NCBI RefSeq assembly: GCF_009914755.1
Contig: NC_060928.1
Reading direction: 5' to 3' (one strand)
Length of the DNA: 64,000 bases
Source of the DNA: the human T2T-CHM13v2.0 reference genome, Homo sapiens
The notes under the pieces were generated by a model that saw only the letters and a program-made list of their open reading frames with translations, did no database searches and had not been told where the DNA came from. Position 1 is the stretch's first letter, and each line of letters begins with the position of its first letter. Of this stretch, positions 41,295 through 57,250 are shown piece after piece. The position numbers and the translations under genes were made by a program.

Positions 41295-42007
41295 GAGACA
41301 ATTTAAAAATCGGTTTGCTTAACAACAACTAATGTCACTCAGACAATGAAAACGGAATTTGGGGTTTTGGAGAAATTTAAATGACAGAAGCATATTGTGG
41401 TTTGCCATGATGAATGCCAGCTGGCATTGGTACTATTCACCAAGGAAGGACAACACTGGCACCAAAGGCATAGACCAGTGCACCAAACCACTCTCCAGAT
41501 TAGAGCATGTGTTTTGAGATTCTGGAGGCTACTCTGCTCTGTGGCTGCTGGCTCCACAATGTGGGTCCTGCCTGGCACAAAAGCAGTCCTCAGCAGAAGT
41601 CTGTGCGAATTCAAAGAACAACCAAAGAGAACAGAGAAGTGGAAGTTTTGAATAGACATGTCAATCTAAATATATATTCTTCATGCATTTTAGAAAATCT
41701 TCGATGTGCAGCCACATCGTTTCCCTGCGGACCTGTCTCAGGTTCCACCTCCTTCACATGACCTTAACTGACCTCTCCAGGCCTCTCTGAATTCATAGTA
41801 CTTATTACATAACCCAGAGGTTTCCCAAACTTCCTCTATTCACAGGGTCCTAAGTGTCTCTCCCTTTCTTCCATGGGGTCTGTAGACCAAAAAAAATACC
41901 TAATAGTTTCATTACTAAGTAGTTACACCCAAACAACTTAATAAGTAATCATGTTCTAAAAACTTAGCAGCTGTTTAAAAAAATAGTGCATGTAAATTGA
42001 AAGAAAG

Positions 42008-44275
<2,268 letters not shown>

Positions 44276-44659
44276 TGTTATTCTTATATAACCACATTTG
44301 CTTACTAATGGGATGTGTGTGCCGGTCAGACCACAGCACAACTTCTCAGACTTTGAGCTCAGATTGGACACCACAACCCTCATTGCCTGTTCCATATTGA
44401 TTTTTGCACATTACTTGCATTTTTATCACAGCAACTGCCAAGAATCCAACATTGCAAGGATGTGATAAGATTGAAAGGAATGTAGTTTGATCTAATGTTA
44501 AAACTATACATTTCCTCAAACTAGTAGTTTACATGGCAGAGGATGAGCATCACTCTGTTTTGTTTTATTTTAAATTTTAAAATATCTTGTGGTGCCCTTG
44601 TGAATTTAGTACAGCACCTGGGATGCCTCAGCATACAATTTAGGGATCTCAAATCTAAT

Positions 44660-44810
44660 CCCTTGCTACTCATGGGCCAACAATATTGGCATCAATGGGG
44701 AACTGATTCTCACCTTATTTCCACTCCCATAGACTTGCTGAATCAGAATGTGCAGTTTAACAAGCTGCCTAAGAGATTCATATGTATTTGACAGTTTGAG
44801 AAGCATAGTT
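44660..44810. mobile_element. MER5-family MITE
   Basis: CTGAATCAGAATGTGCAGTTTAACAAG; AGTTTGAGAAGCA end. Confidence 0.7.
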
Positions 44811-45899
44811 ATAAACCACTACTCATCACCTAATCACATCCTTCTGTTGTAAGATCTCTGATATTATTATACATTTCTAAAATTCTTGCATTGTTTAGCC
44901 TTTTCTGTGAAACCTTCCCAAGTAGATAGTTATCTAGATGGAAGGCAGAGGTAGTCTTGTGTTTTGAGATTCTCCCAAATGTCCAGCACAGAGCCTTGCA
45001 TGGAGTAAGAGGCTCAAATATCTGCTGAATGAGTACATCCAGTATCTAGACCTCCCAGCTGTCCTAGGCAGAGTTGTTTATGCAACAAAATTATTGACAA
45101 AACCAGATAAAGCCAAGATCCCAAAGACACAAAGAATATTCTTCGTAGGTTTAGAATGAACATGGCATTTTTAGAATGTCAGTTTGATCATGTTAGTCCT
45201 TTAAAATGGACACACCACATAATTTGAGTCATGGCAAGAAGAAAATTATATTCTACTGTTTATCTCAATAGGAAGATAATTATGTTTTAGGAACAAGTGT
45301 CCAAAAACTACAGTGAAATGACTAAATAAAAATGAAAGCAGAGTATAAATTGTTAAAGGTTAGGTAGACTGCATTTCCTGAAAACATAATGCACTAAGTG
45401 TTCCAAAATAATTCTGCCATTTATTAATTGCACTCACGAATCATTTGAATGCCAAGATCTGCATGTGTGCAAAATGTCATGGAAATTGGATTCAATTCTG
45501 TTTGAAACAGCTGTCTCCACTACAGCCAAACTGAATGTACCAAGTTCTTGGGAACAAATTTGAAAGGGAAAGGAAGCAGAAATTTGCTTTGTCAGAGGGT
45601 TCAGGTTTGCCTAAATGTCACCACTACTCCCCACTTTTATTTTCTCTCCAGAGATTATCTCTCACATTGAACATTCCATTGGCTCATTGAGATGAGGCAA
45701 CAAGCTAACAGATGCAAGGTCTCTCTGTGATCTCCCTGTAGGCTAACTTGCATTAGTCTTATTAACCACAAACCACCTTTCTCACCCCAATCAGCCACTG
45801 CTTAGATGTGGGAAGCGAGAGAGGCAAATTCAGATAGGAGCATAGAACAATGGAATCTTAGAGGCCAATAGCTCAGTCTCATAAACTTCCACTCCTCAC

Positions 45900-46650
45900 C
45901 AAGTACTCACAACTACAGCTCTGTAACATATCCCAACTCTTTTTCCCACCACCTCCACGGCTACCATCTTCTCTCACCTGGATTACTGCAGCAGGCTCTT
46001 ATCTAGTGCCTGCTTCATTTTCACCCCTACTACAACAGTCCATCTCCACAAGTAACTTTAAAAAATAAAATAAGACAAAAAGAGACCCCATCCCTACTTG
46101 CCTAAAACTGTCCAATGGTCCAAAATTGCTCATGAATATGAGAATAAAATCCAAACCCCTCTCCATAGCCAACCAGACTCACAGGATCCAGCCACTGCAC
46201 GCCTGTTAGCCCTCACCTCATGTCACCTTCTCTCTCACTCACTACGCTTCAGCCATGCTGAGCTTCTTATTCCTGGAATATGCCAACCTTCTTCAGTATT
46301 TGGGACCTTGCTCTAGGTAAACACTCCTAGCCTAAATTTTGTATGGATAACTATTTCTCATCACTCAATCTCAGGAAAGAAGGAATCTCATCAGAGTTTT
46401 CCTGACTACCACCGTATATAAATATTTTATTTGCAAATATAAATGTTTACTCCCAACAAACTCACATCTCTTTATATGCCTTTCTTCCATTTCTTTTTCT
46501 TTATACTCTTACCCTGTCTGAATGTATCCTATTTGTTTGTTTGTCAATGGCAGTTTTATAAATCATGTTCCCTCAAAAGAGTGAATAATCAATGTGTTTT
46601 ATTCATTCCCACACCCCTAGAGCACAGCCTGAACATAATAAGCACGTGCT
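45900..46650 (+). mobile_element. L2 remnant
   Basis: CTCTCACCTGGATTACTGCAGCAGGCTC, GAATAAAATCCAAACCCCT. Confidence 0.75.
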
Positions 46651-47805
46651 TGGAAGGCCTTAGGAATTGTCTATTCCTGCTCCCTTGTTTTCCGAGAATA
46701 ATTGAGATCCAGAGAAGCTATTGGTTCGTGATGCAACACACATAGCCAGTTAAGAATGGAGCCAAAGTGAGGGCATGGTCCTGTAGTTTCTAGACAACTG
46801 CTATTTCTGCTACACCTTCTTGCTGTTCATTTAAATGAAAATTAATCTTATTTTGAGTAGTTTTTTAAAATTGTTTAAAATAAGTTCAGGTGACTCTGAT
46901 TCAGGAATGCCCCATCTTTAGGTATGAAAAAAGTTCTGTGAAAGTTCATCCACGCCCTTCTGTGCAAAAACTTCTTTAATTCACCATACTTCCTTAAGGT
47001 ATTAACATACAAGTTGGTTTAGACTTCAAGGTGGAAAGAGTTTTTTCTAAACTTTCTTTTTCCATTATTGAAATAAATCTGTTGACGAAATTAACATATC
47101 AGATGGAACAACAAAACTAGAAATAACTAAGATCTCTAAAGATAATTTATTCATTAAATTAGAACTTTTAAATACAGGCAAAAGAGAAAATAACTATTAT
47201 TAAAATGTTCCAACCAAATTGCTGCTTATCTTACACTATGCTAATTAGTAACAGCACCCAAAATTCACTCTTCCACAATAATCAGAGAAAACCGGAGATT
47301 ATAGAAAGGCTGTGGGAAGAGGGAGGTGGTGGGGTGCTACTAGTTATTAGAAAGGCTCAATAATAACCATTAAGGTTTGAGTTCAAATTCCATCCTTTGG
47401 GGTTTGTGCCTGGATTCTGAACACCTTTATCCTCTTCCCGTTACTCTTAGGACAGCCTTTTAATATTTGCATGATAGGTTTCTCATACAATTAAATCCCC
47501 TCCGACCCATTCTCTGCACTGCAGATAGAATGAGTCTAGTAACACACAAGTCATATCAGGTCCTTCTGCTACTTCCAACTCTCCGAAGTCTTCCCATTGC
47601 CCTTCTGAGAGAAAAATGCAGACTCCTTAATATGAACTGCCTGTCCCATTGCAGTCCTATCCTGCTCATTTCTCAAGTGTAATCCATCCCCTGTGCTGTC
47701 TGCCTTCACCACACTGGGTCTATTTAGTGCTCACCTGGGAGCCATGGTAGATGCTCACTTCTTTGCTGGATGTGTGTTCTTCTTTTAAATTCTGGAGATA
47801 GTACA

Positions 47806-48213
47806 TGCTGTGAATTAAATTGTGTCTTTCTCCAAAAAAGTGTATGCTAAAACCCTAACCCCCCAGTGTGGCTATATTTGGAGACAGGGACTTTAGGAGT
47901 GGTCATAAGGGTGGGGCCCTGATTCAACAGGATTAGCGTCCTTATTAAAAGAGATACCAGAGAGACCAACCAGCACACACATTGTCTCTCTCCCCACCCT
48001 ACCTCTCTCTTTCATCACACATACACAGATCCTTGAGCACACAGTGAGATGGTGGCTGCCCACAAACCAAGGCAGGAGTCCTGAAAATGAAACCTACATT
48101 GCTGGCACCTTGATTTTGAACTTTTAGCCTCCAGAACTATAAGAAATATATTCTGTTGTTTAAGCCACTCAATCTATGCTATTTTGTTATAGCAGCCCAA
48201 ACTGACTAAGATA
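47806..48213 (+). mobile_element. MLT1A-like MaLR solo LTR
   Basis: CCCTAACCCCCCAGTGTGGCTATATTTGGAGA; TTTTGTTATAGCAGCCCAAACTGACTAAGATA end. Confidence 0.88.
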
Positions 48214-48244
48214 TTATACATAATATTAAGATATAATATCACTA

Positions 48245-48385
48245 TAATAATAATCTACTTTTTGTGTTCCAGGCATTGTGATAGCCATTTTATATGGGTT
48301 ACCTTACTTCATCTTCAAGACAACCTTTAATGTGGCCATTCTTGTCTCCATTTTCCAAATAAAATAACTGAAGTTCAGAGAAATT
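48245..48385 (-). mobile_element. MIR fragment
   Basis: CTCCATTTTCCAAATAAAATAACTGAAGTTCAGAGA. Confidence 0.65.
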
Positions 48386-48569
48386 ATATTTTTCTTTTAG
48401 CTATGATAAGCCTGAAATTGAGAATGGTTAGGTGATGTAAACGAAGCACGGCTGCCTTCGGGTGCACTGAGGAGCAGGGACTGTGGCTTGGCTCTATCTG
48501 GCTGCATGTCCTTTGCACTAAGTAGCTACCTGACCCAGTGTTTGCCCTAAAGGGGGATTAAACCCTAAT

Positions 48570-48950
48570 GTCCCATGAAGGACTGCTGAAGAACCTTGAG
48601 GTGCTTTGCCTGGAAATATGCCATAGCTGCCTCAAGTATCTGAAGGACTTGGAAGAGGGATTAGATTTACTTGGAAGAAGGATTAAATCTATTTTACAAG
48701 AATTTAAGTGACGGCATTTGAATCATTGGCAGAAAGTTTCATAAAACAGCTTTCGCCCTAGTATAAAAAATTTTGTCTAACTGTCCCTAGGGGGAATGGG
48801 GTGTCTGGAGACCTAGACCTCTCTTCATGGATGGGTTCAGGAAGGACCTGCAAATTAATTTAAGGGAAGTTATGGAGATGATCAGGCAGCAGGTAGTAGT
48901 TGAAGCAGGCTACCTCTAAGGTTCCATCCAGTTCTGGGACTAAATGACAC
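48570..48950 (+). mobile_element. CR1/L3 LINE 3' fragment
   Basis: ATAGCTGCCTCAAGTATCTGAAGG...GAAGAGGGATTAGATTT and terminal ACCTCTAAGGTTCCATCCAGTTCT resemble the L3 3' end. Confidence 0.7.
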
Positions 48951-49689
48951 TTGGTTTTCACAACTGATGGACTCTTCATGATCTTATTATTGGTACAATC
49001 ACTACAGTTGGCAAAATACGCAGCTCTAAACCAGCCAGACCAGTTTGGTGAAGATGTGGTTGCATTTTTCAAATATTATTATAACCAGCCCTCATTTTAC
49101 TGAATGCCTGAGCATTGGTACAAAGCTTTCCCTCTTGTTTAGGAATGAGTCATCCTGCTTGTGAGTTGGTGCAGACCATTACATTCTCCACCTCATTTTA
49201 TCTTCTTCCCCTGCCTTCCAAAGCCCAAACCAGGATGGTGAACTACAACAAGGCTCAGGGAAGGGAGTTAAACTCCCCAGTTTTCATACTTACTAATCAA
49301 AATCACAATTATATCATTTTGTTAAAGGTAGGTAATGGCAATTGGATAAGAAGGAAAGAAAATGAATATTTCTAGCTTTCTATAGTTCACTTTGCCAAGT
49401 TGGCAACAAATTCATTCTTTTTCCAGAACTGTTTTGCTTTTCACTATTTTGCCTCACATTGAATTGTACAAACCATCAAGTTCTTGTTCTCTCAATACAT
49501 CTAAGTAACACTGGATTTTTTTTCATTTTTAATTTCAAGCACAGTCCTCAATAAATTTAATTCTACTAATTTATATTTTTCTTCAAAGCAATAAATACCT
49601 TGAGTCCCTACTCTGTGTGAAGATCTATAGTAGTCTTTGTGATACAAAAATGAAAAATTCCTGACCTCTTCACTGGAGGAGAACCTTAC

Positions 49690-50195
49690 AGGATTCTTAA
49701 GTTGCAAATTATAGAAACAAAACTTAAATTAGCTGATGCGAAAAAAAATGTATTGGCTAACATGTTCAACTGCAGAAGTGGTGACATGAACTAGAGCCTC
49801 GAGCATTTTCCAGATGTTTTCTTCCCATCTGTTATCTCAGCTTGCCCTCTGTTCTGGCAATTCTCCCCTTGAAGGTGACATCATAACCACCCAGTTGACA
49901 CCAGGAACTCCAGGTTGCACCTTTCCAGATTCACCACCCAACAGGAAAGTCTCCTCTGCATATTTGCAGGCTAAAAACTAGTGGGGAAGAACTTGATTAC
50001 CCCAACATGGGTCACCTGCTAACAATCACTATGGCTGAAGAGGCAGAGACAGCTATTGTTCAAATCTCATATTGGAACAAAGAGTTTTGGCAAGGAGTGA
50101 GAGAAGGAGGAACTTTCCTAAAAAGAAGAGGTGGGGTGCTACTCCCTGAATAAAGAATGGCTGCTGGGCAGAGAAAAGACCACAAATCTACCTCA
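49690..50195 (-). mobile_element. Old MaLR LTR (MLT1K/L-like) within L2 remnants
   Basis: CAGGATTCTTAAGTTGCAAATTATAGAAAC; TGGCTGCTGGGCAGA near the end. Confidence 0.55.
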
Positions 50196-51414
50196 AGTAA
50201 CTTACTCTTTTATAGGGAAAACAGACATGCAAAAAAGTAATAATAATGCAATGTTATACATGCTTCAATGGAAGTACATTCAAGAGTTAGGCTGAGGGTT
50301 ATAAAAATATGAGAAAGAAATTAATTCAGCCTAAGAGTTTAAGTAAAACTATAAAGAGGAGGTAATTTTTGAGTTGTAAAGTTTATGGGGAAATGAGAAA
50401 AGATGGGAAATATGCTGAAATTGAGTTGAGCTAGTCCTTGGGTACAGAGGTGAGAAGTTTAGATACCATTCAGTGGGCTACAGAGTGAGACTTCAGAACT
50501 TTACACAGACTGAGTGGCATAGTGGCATAGTATTGTCTTTAGACTGAGACAAGAGCGATCTTCACTGGAACATAGCCTTTAGGAGACCCAGCTCTGACTC
50601 TCTTATACCACACCAATTTCCACAAGTTGAGGAGTCCATAGGGCCAACAGGATATGCCTATCCAGAGCCTATACTCTAGATCACAGTCTGCTTTCTTGAG
50701 AACTGACATTTTCTGGTGAGAAAATCATAAGCCTGCTTTTAGGGTTTGTAAATTGTGCATTCCTCCACAGGTCCATCCTTTATGCCAAGAGGTGGCTGTT
50801 TTTTGGTGGGATTTGGGAAAGAGCTTGGATATGTAGGCTGAACTGTCCACCTATGTGAGGCCTCTTGCAGTGGGACAGTGATTGGGTGGGAAAAGAAGGA
50901 GTTGGGCAATGGACTAGGAACCTCCATTTTAACTCTTCTTTGGGCCCCACAAATGTTAGGAGTAGGACTGAGACATACATTATCAGGTAGCAGTGTGGGA
51001 AATGCCTGGTAGTGGGGAAATGGTGGAAGCAGAAAGGAACATATGGGTTTGAGAGAAAATTCTGAAGTAGCTTGGTAGGATTTAATGATCAATTGAATGT
51101 GAGGCATAAGGAGAGAAAAGAATTTAAAAAGGCTTGAGTTTCTAGCTTGAGTAATTGTGATGCCATAACAAAATGAATAGTATAGGAGGGTAAACAGGAG
51201 TGGAGGAAAGATAATATTATGATAAAAATTATTTTCTTTTGACTTCAGTATGAATGTGGATTACCAGTGTTCCTTTGGAGAGATGGCAATAAGAGCCAGA
51301 AAAAGAGTTACTTAATTATTTTAAAATACATATTTAAAACTCTCCTCTCAATCCTAATTTACTTTCATATTTGACCACTCACCTATTCTTTCAACATAAT
51401 CATGCTTCGTTACT

Positions 51415-51960
51415 TAGAGCTCTGGTTACAAGGGATAGAAAACTAACTCAGTAGCATAAGCATAAGCAAAAAATAGGATTTCCTGGCTTACATCATTTAA
51501 AGGTTTAGAAATAATGTTGTTTTCAGATCCAGCTTGGTTCAGGGTTTCAAAGAATGTCATTAGGCCCCAACCTTTTTTATCTCTAGGTTCAATTTCCCTT
51601 TGGCTGGATTCCATTTTCCTGATGGCTGCTGAGAACATCAGGCTTATGTCCTCACAGTGCCAATCCTTTAGGAAGAGAAAACACTCCTTTCTCTGTCATT
51701 GACAAAACAGGGCAAAATTAACTAGATTGGACCTGATTGGCTAGACTTGTGTCACGTGCCCTTTCCTGATCCAATGACTGTCCTGGGGAATGCCATGCTC
51801 TAATGGGGCAGGACTGGTCATATGTCTACTCCTGAAGCAAAGAATGGAGTCAACTTCATCTGAAGCACATGCCTGAAAGTAAGGGTGATTGACTAGGGCA
51901 GTGTTACTAGGAGAATGGGGGAACAGAGCCCAGGCCACGTAAACAATGGATGTCCACTAG
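51415..51960 (-). mobile_element. Old MaLR LTR (MLT1K-like)
   Basis: TCTGGTTACAAGGGATAGAAAACTAACTCA; TGATTGGCTAGACTTGTGTCACGTGCCC. Confidence 0.6.
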
Positions 51961-52029
51961 ACTCACCATAACACTGTCTTATTTTTTTAAGTGGAAATAA
52001 TAATTATAAATCTCACTGGGATGTCAGGA

Positions 52030-54888
52030 AAATTAACTGTAAAGTAAAATTGACAAACCAACTAGGCCTTACAGGCACCTTTAGAACATTCCACCCAACA
52101 ACAGCAGAACATGCTTTTCTCAAATGCACATGGAATATTCTCTAGGATAGACTACAAGCTAGGCCATAAAATTCAATAAAACTCAATAAATTTTAATGAA
52201 TGAAAATAATATGAAGTATGTTCTACTGTGAAGAAATGAAATTAGAAACAACATCGAAAGAAATTCGGGAAATATACAAATATGCAGACAGTTCTAAATA
52301 ACATGTGGATCAAAAATGAAATTAGAAAATACTGAGACAAATGAAAATGAAGGCAAAGCATGCCAAACTTATGCAATATAACTAAAGCAGTGCTCAAAAT
52401 GAAATTTATAGATATAAATACCTCTCTTAAAAATGAAGAAAGATCTTAAACTAATAACCTACCATTTCACTTTCTGATACTGGATAAAGAAGAGTAAACT
52501 ACTTTCAAATCAAGCAGAAGGAAGGAAGTAATAAATATTACAATGAAAATTAATGAACTAGACAATAGAAAAACAATAGAGAAAAATCAGTATAACCAAA
52601 AGCTGATTCTTTCCAAAGGTAAAGAAAACTGGCAAACCATTAGCTAGATTGACCAAGAAAAAAAGAGAGAAGACTCAAATCACTAGAGTCAGAAATGAAA
52701 AAGGAGACATTACTATCAATCTTACAGGATATAAAGGATCATAAATTAATAATATGGACAATTGCCTGACAGTAAATTAGATAAATGAAATGGACAAATT
52801 ATTAGAAAGATCCAAACTACTGAAGCTGACTCCAAAAAAAGTAGACAATATGAACAAACCTGTAACAAGCAAAGAAATTGAATTAGTAATCTGCCCACAA
52901 AGAAAATTATAGGTCCAGATGTCTTCACTGCTGAACTCTACCAAACATTTAAAGAAGAATTAGTACCAACTTTTTCACAAACTCTGCCAAGAAATAGAAA
53001 AGAGACAAACTACACCACTATAAGATCAATATGACTCTGAAATCAAAACCAGACAAAACCATCAGAAGAAAAGAAACTATAGACCAATGTCGCTTTTAAA
53101 TGTGGAAGCAGATATCCTCAATAAAATACTAGCAAACTGAATCCAGAAATATATAGAAAGAATTATACAACATAATCAAGTGAGATATATTACAGGCAGG
53201 CAAGGTTGGTTTAACAAAATAAGTGTAAAACTTACACTCTAAAAACTGCAAAATGTTGTTGAAAGAAGTTAAAGATCTAAATAAATGCAAAAACAACCCA
53301 TGTTCATGGATTCAAAAATGTAAGATTGTTAAAATGGTAATATTTCCAAACTTACCTACATATTCAATGCAATCCCTATCTGAATCCCAGCTGATTTCTT
53401 TGTGGAAATCAACAAGCTGATTTTAAAATTCATATGGAATTGCAAGATACCAAAATAACCAAAACAGTTATGAAAAAAAACAAAGACAGGGGTCTCAAAC
53501 TTGCTGATTTCAAAACTTACTACAATGCAATGGTAATCAAGACAGTGTGGTACTGGCATGTAGATCAATGGTATAGAATTGTAAGCCCAAAAATAAACCA
53601 TGTGTCTATGGCCAACTGAGTTTTGATAATTGTCCCAAGACCATCAAATGGAGAAAGAATAATATTTTCAATAAATGGTGCTGGAACAACTGGATATCCA
53701 CATTACAAAATGAAGTTGGACCCTTATTTCACATCATTAACAGAAATTAATTCAAAATGTGTCAAAGACCCAAAAGACCTAAATACAAGAGCTAAATTTT
53801 AAAACTCTTAGAATATTGGTGTAAAGCATAATGACTTCAGATTTGTCAATAAGTTCTCAGATATGATATCAAAAGCATGAGCAACAGAAGAAAAAATAGA
53901 TAAATTGCACTTCATTAAAATTAAAAACTTTTGTGATTCAAGGATCACTACCAAGAAAGTGAAAAGACACAGAATGACAGAATATATTTGCAAATCAAAT
54001 ATCTGATAACAGATGTATCTAGAATACATAAAGAACACGTACAACTCAATAATTAAAAGACAACACAATTTAAAAATTAGAAAATGATCTGAATTAACAT
54101 TCTTCCAAAGACAATATACAAATGGCCAATAAGCATATAAGATGCTCAACTTCATTAGTCATCAGGGAATTGCAAATCAAATCTACAATGAAATATTACT
54201 TCACATCCACTAGGATGGCTAGAATTAAAAAGTCAGATGATAACAAGTGTTGAAGATCTGGAAAAACAAGAACCTTCATCCATGGCTAGTGGCAATATAA
54301 AGGTGTAGCCACTTTGGAAAATATTTTGACATTCTTCAAATCATCCCTATGACCCAGCAATTGCACTCCTAGGTATATACACAAGAGAAATGAAAGCATG
54401 TCCACGCATAAACTTGTACACAGATGTTTATAACCAAAAGGTGGGAACAACCCAAATGTCCATCTCTTGATAAGTGCATAAACAAAATGTGGTATATCTA
54501 AACAGTGGAATATTATTTGACCATGAAAATGGATGAGGTATTGATACATGCTACAACATGAATTAACCTTGAAAACAGCGTGCTAAGTGAAAGAAGCCTA
54601 ACACAAAAGACCACATATACATGATTCTATCTAGATTAAATGTCCAAATCTATAAAGACAAAAAAATAAAGTAGTTGTTGCTTAGGGCTGGGGGGGAATG
54701 CAAGGACAGGGAGATGATAGCTAAAGGGCACAGAGTTTTTTCAAAAAGTGACAAAAATGCTCTAAAATTGGGTGTTGTGATAGTTGCTTATAACTGTGAA
54801 TATACCCCAAACCATTGAATTGGATACTTTAAATGCATGAAATGTGTGCTATATGATTTATATCTCAGAAAAAGATGTTTAAAAAAAA
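52030..54888 (+). mobile_element. L1MB-type element: degraded ORF2 with RT-core deletion, plus 3'UTR
   Basis: Endonuclease-region AGAACATTCCACCCAACAACAGCAGAA; AGGTCCAGATGTCTTCACTGCTGAACTCTACCAAACATTTAAAGAAG; AATAAATGGTGCTGG; L1MB-like 3'UTR. Confidence 0.93.
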
Positions 54889-55398
54889 TTAAGGCAGTTT
54901 GATAGGAATGGAAATAAATGAATAAACAAATAAATACAATTGACACATATTTATGACAAAATGTCCATATTCTCTTTGAGGACAAGAATTGCCAGAGATA
55001 TTAAGTTATTCTGGAACTAAATAGACAAATAATATTTAGGAATTAAAATTCATAATTTCTTGAAAGCTTAAAAATAAAAGGAGTTCCAGCCAATCTAACT
55101 GCATGTGATGAGGTAATCCACATTTTCTGGGGCTCAAGTTTCCATGTGAGGACTACTTCCAGTGTAACCCTCCTGGCCTGTCGTAGTCCCCTCTCCGGTA
55201 GTCCTCTCTCCCCAACTCAGGAACAACTTATCTGATTGGTGAATTTGAAAAAGAAACGAAGCATTTTCTGTCCTGGAGCCCTGCCTGCCTGCAGAGAGGG
55301 CAGTTAGTAAGCTTCTTATATCAATCTTTGGCCTAGAAGAGGTAAGTTTACTGCTTGAGGCTAAGTTCAGTTCAAGGGGAGAAGGTTTTAAAGACTGA

Positions 55399-55878
55399 TG
55401 TGGTGGTTTTAAAACATGTCTGCAAATTCCTTGACATTCTTCCCATCAAGATGTGTAGTCTATGATCCCTCCCTTTGAAACTGGGTGGGACTTTGTGACT
55501 GTCTTAATAAACAGAATGCTGTGGTCGTGGTTCAGCTTGATTCCTGGGGCTGTTAGAAAGCCACACAGCTTCTGTTGGTTTCTCTTGGGACTCTCACTTT
55601 GAGACCGTTCAGTCTCTGTGAAAGAAGTCCAGGTGCCCTGAGGTCACCATATGGATAGGCGTAGGGGAGTGATGTCATTCCAGTCCCAGCTGATGGAGTC
55701 TTTTCAGCTCAGTTGCTGGATGTGTGCATGCATACTCCCATTTCCAGACACTTTTAAGTACAAACACAAGAGAGACCTGAGTGAAACTTACCCTGATAAG
55801 CCTGGCCAACTTTCACAGCAGAAGGAAATAAATGATTACTTCATGTCACTGTTTTGGGTGGCTTATTACACGGCAAGA
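55399..55878 (+). mobile_element. MLT1G/H-like MaLR solo LTR
   Basis: TGTGGTGGTTTTAAAACATGTCTGCAAATTCCTTGACATTCTTCCCATCAAGA start. Confidence 0.8.
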
Positions 55879-56339
55879 AGAAGGAAAAAAAGAAAAACAT
55901 CTGGAACATACATGCTCTACACCCTAGGCTTTATTAGTAATGAAGATGGACCTCCTTTTTAATCCCCTTTCTTATTTCTCAATTGGTTACAAACTCAGGA
56001 AAGAAAGAAATCTATTTTGTGGCTCCCTGAAACTCCAACTGTAATTGCCCAGTATAAGAATTTCTCCCGCCCCACTCTGTGGGCATGTATGGGCCCTAGG
56101 TCTCTGTTTGACTCTCTCTAGTGATTGGAAATGCCTCCTAAAATGTTCAAATTACGATGGCTGTTTCTTAGAATGTTCTTTCTTAAGTTTATTAAAAAGC
56201 TTCTGAAACAGCACAGAACAAAACTGTTCCATCTTCTACATACACATCTTTCAAACCTTTCATGACAGACATCACATATTTCTCAGTCAATTATCTCAAT
56301 TTCCTTCCACTTTTCCTCTTATACAAGGTTAAAATAGTG

Positions 56340-56527
56340 CAATGGTCCTTAAATTCAAGCATGCGTCTGAATCATCCAGAGGGCTTGTTACAACATGGAT
56401 TCCAGGACCTCATCCTCAGAGTTTCTGATTCAGGAGATCTGTGGTAGGGCTGGAGAATTTTCATATCAGACAAGTTCCCACGCACTGCTGATGCTGGGAT
56501 CCAGGGACCATTCTTTGAGAACCACTG
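56340..56527. mobile_element. MER5A MITE, full length
   Basis: CAATGGTCCTTAAA and TTTGAGAACCACTG TIRs; CAGAGTTTCTGATTCAG core. Confidence 0.88.
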
Positions 56528-57019
56528 GGCTTGAGATGTATAGGATGGTAGAAAGAGTCTTCACTGAGAAGTTGAAGACATGGGTTGTCATGCCGGCTGT
56601 GCCATCTTCTAAAAAAAAAAAAAAAAACCAAAGGTTTCTAACAAAACAGAGATCCCTAATAAAAACTAAGATCCCTGCCAATATCACACAGTTGTGAGGA
56701 TGGACAGTGATAACAGCACATAAGTGCTTTGCAAACTGTCTGGGGCTATGTAGACAGGAAATGTGGCTTGAAGAGATTTGCCTATAGACTCCATCTAAGT
56801 GTTAATATCCTTTTTTCAGAGTGACATGAGAATTCAGCACCACATGACAGCTGAAGACTGTAGCAGAATCTACTAACCCATTTCCTGTTTGCTCCTACAG
56901 ATTCCTGTTCTTCCCAGAAGCTCTTGTAATCTGGAAATAAAAGTAATTTGTGAACATATACTGAGTGGTTTCCACATGCACATGGAAGAGGTTACATTCC
57001 GAAAGGAGAAGAGCTGAGC

Positions 57020-57250
57020 TGCTTCCTAGCTGGGACAATTAATTATTCTGAGCCTCAGTTTCCTTTGGGGAAAGGGATAACAATAGCATTACCTCAAAAG
57101 TTGTTGTGAGGATTAAATGAGTTAATATATGTAAAGCCAAGGGCTTGGCAAGGATTCATTACTGTTGTTATTGTTGTTTCTCCATTTTAAAAATGAGGAT
57201 TGAGACTTTGAGAGTTTGAGTAATATAACTTAAACTCTCACAGCTGGGAG
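57020..57250. mobile_element. Two opposed MIR fragments
   Basis: CTGAGCCTCAGTTTCC...GTTGTTGTGAGGATTAAATGAG (+) then CTCCATTTTAAAAATGAGG...CTCACAGCT (-). Confidence 0.65.

Noticed and set aside
41413-41428. Perfect 16-bp palindrome AATGCCAGCTGGCATT
   Set aside because: About one such palindrome is expected by chance in 64 kb (64000/4^8)
48445-48468. C(TTCG)G tetraloop-like motif suggesting a structured RNA
   Set aside because: Stem is only 2-4 weak pairs and no known ncRNA context is visible
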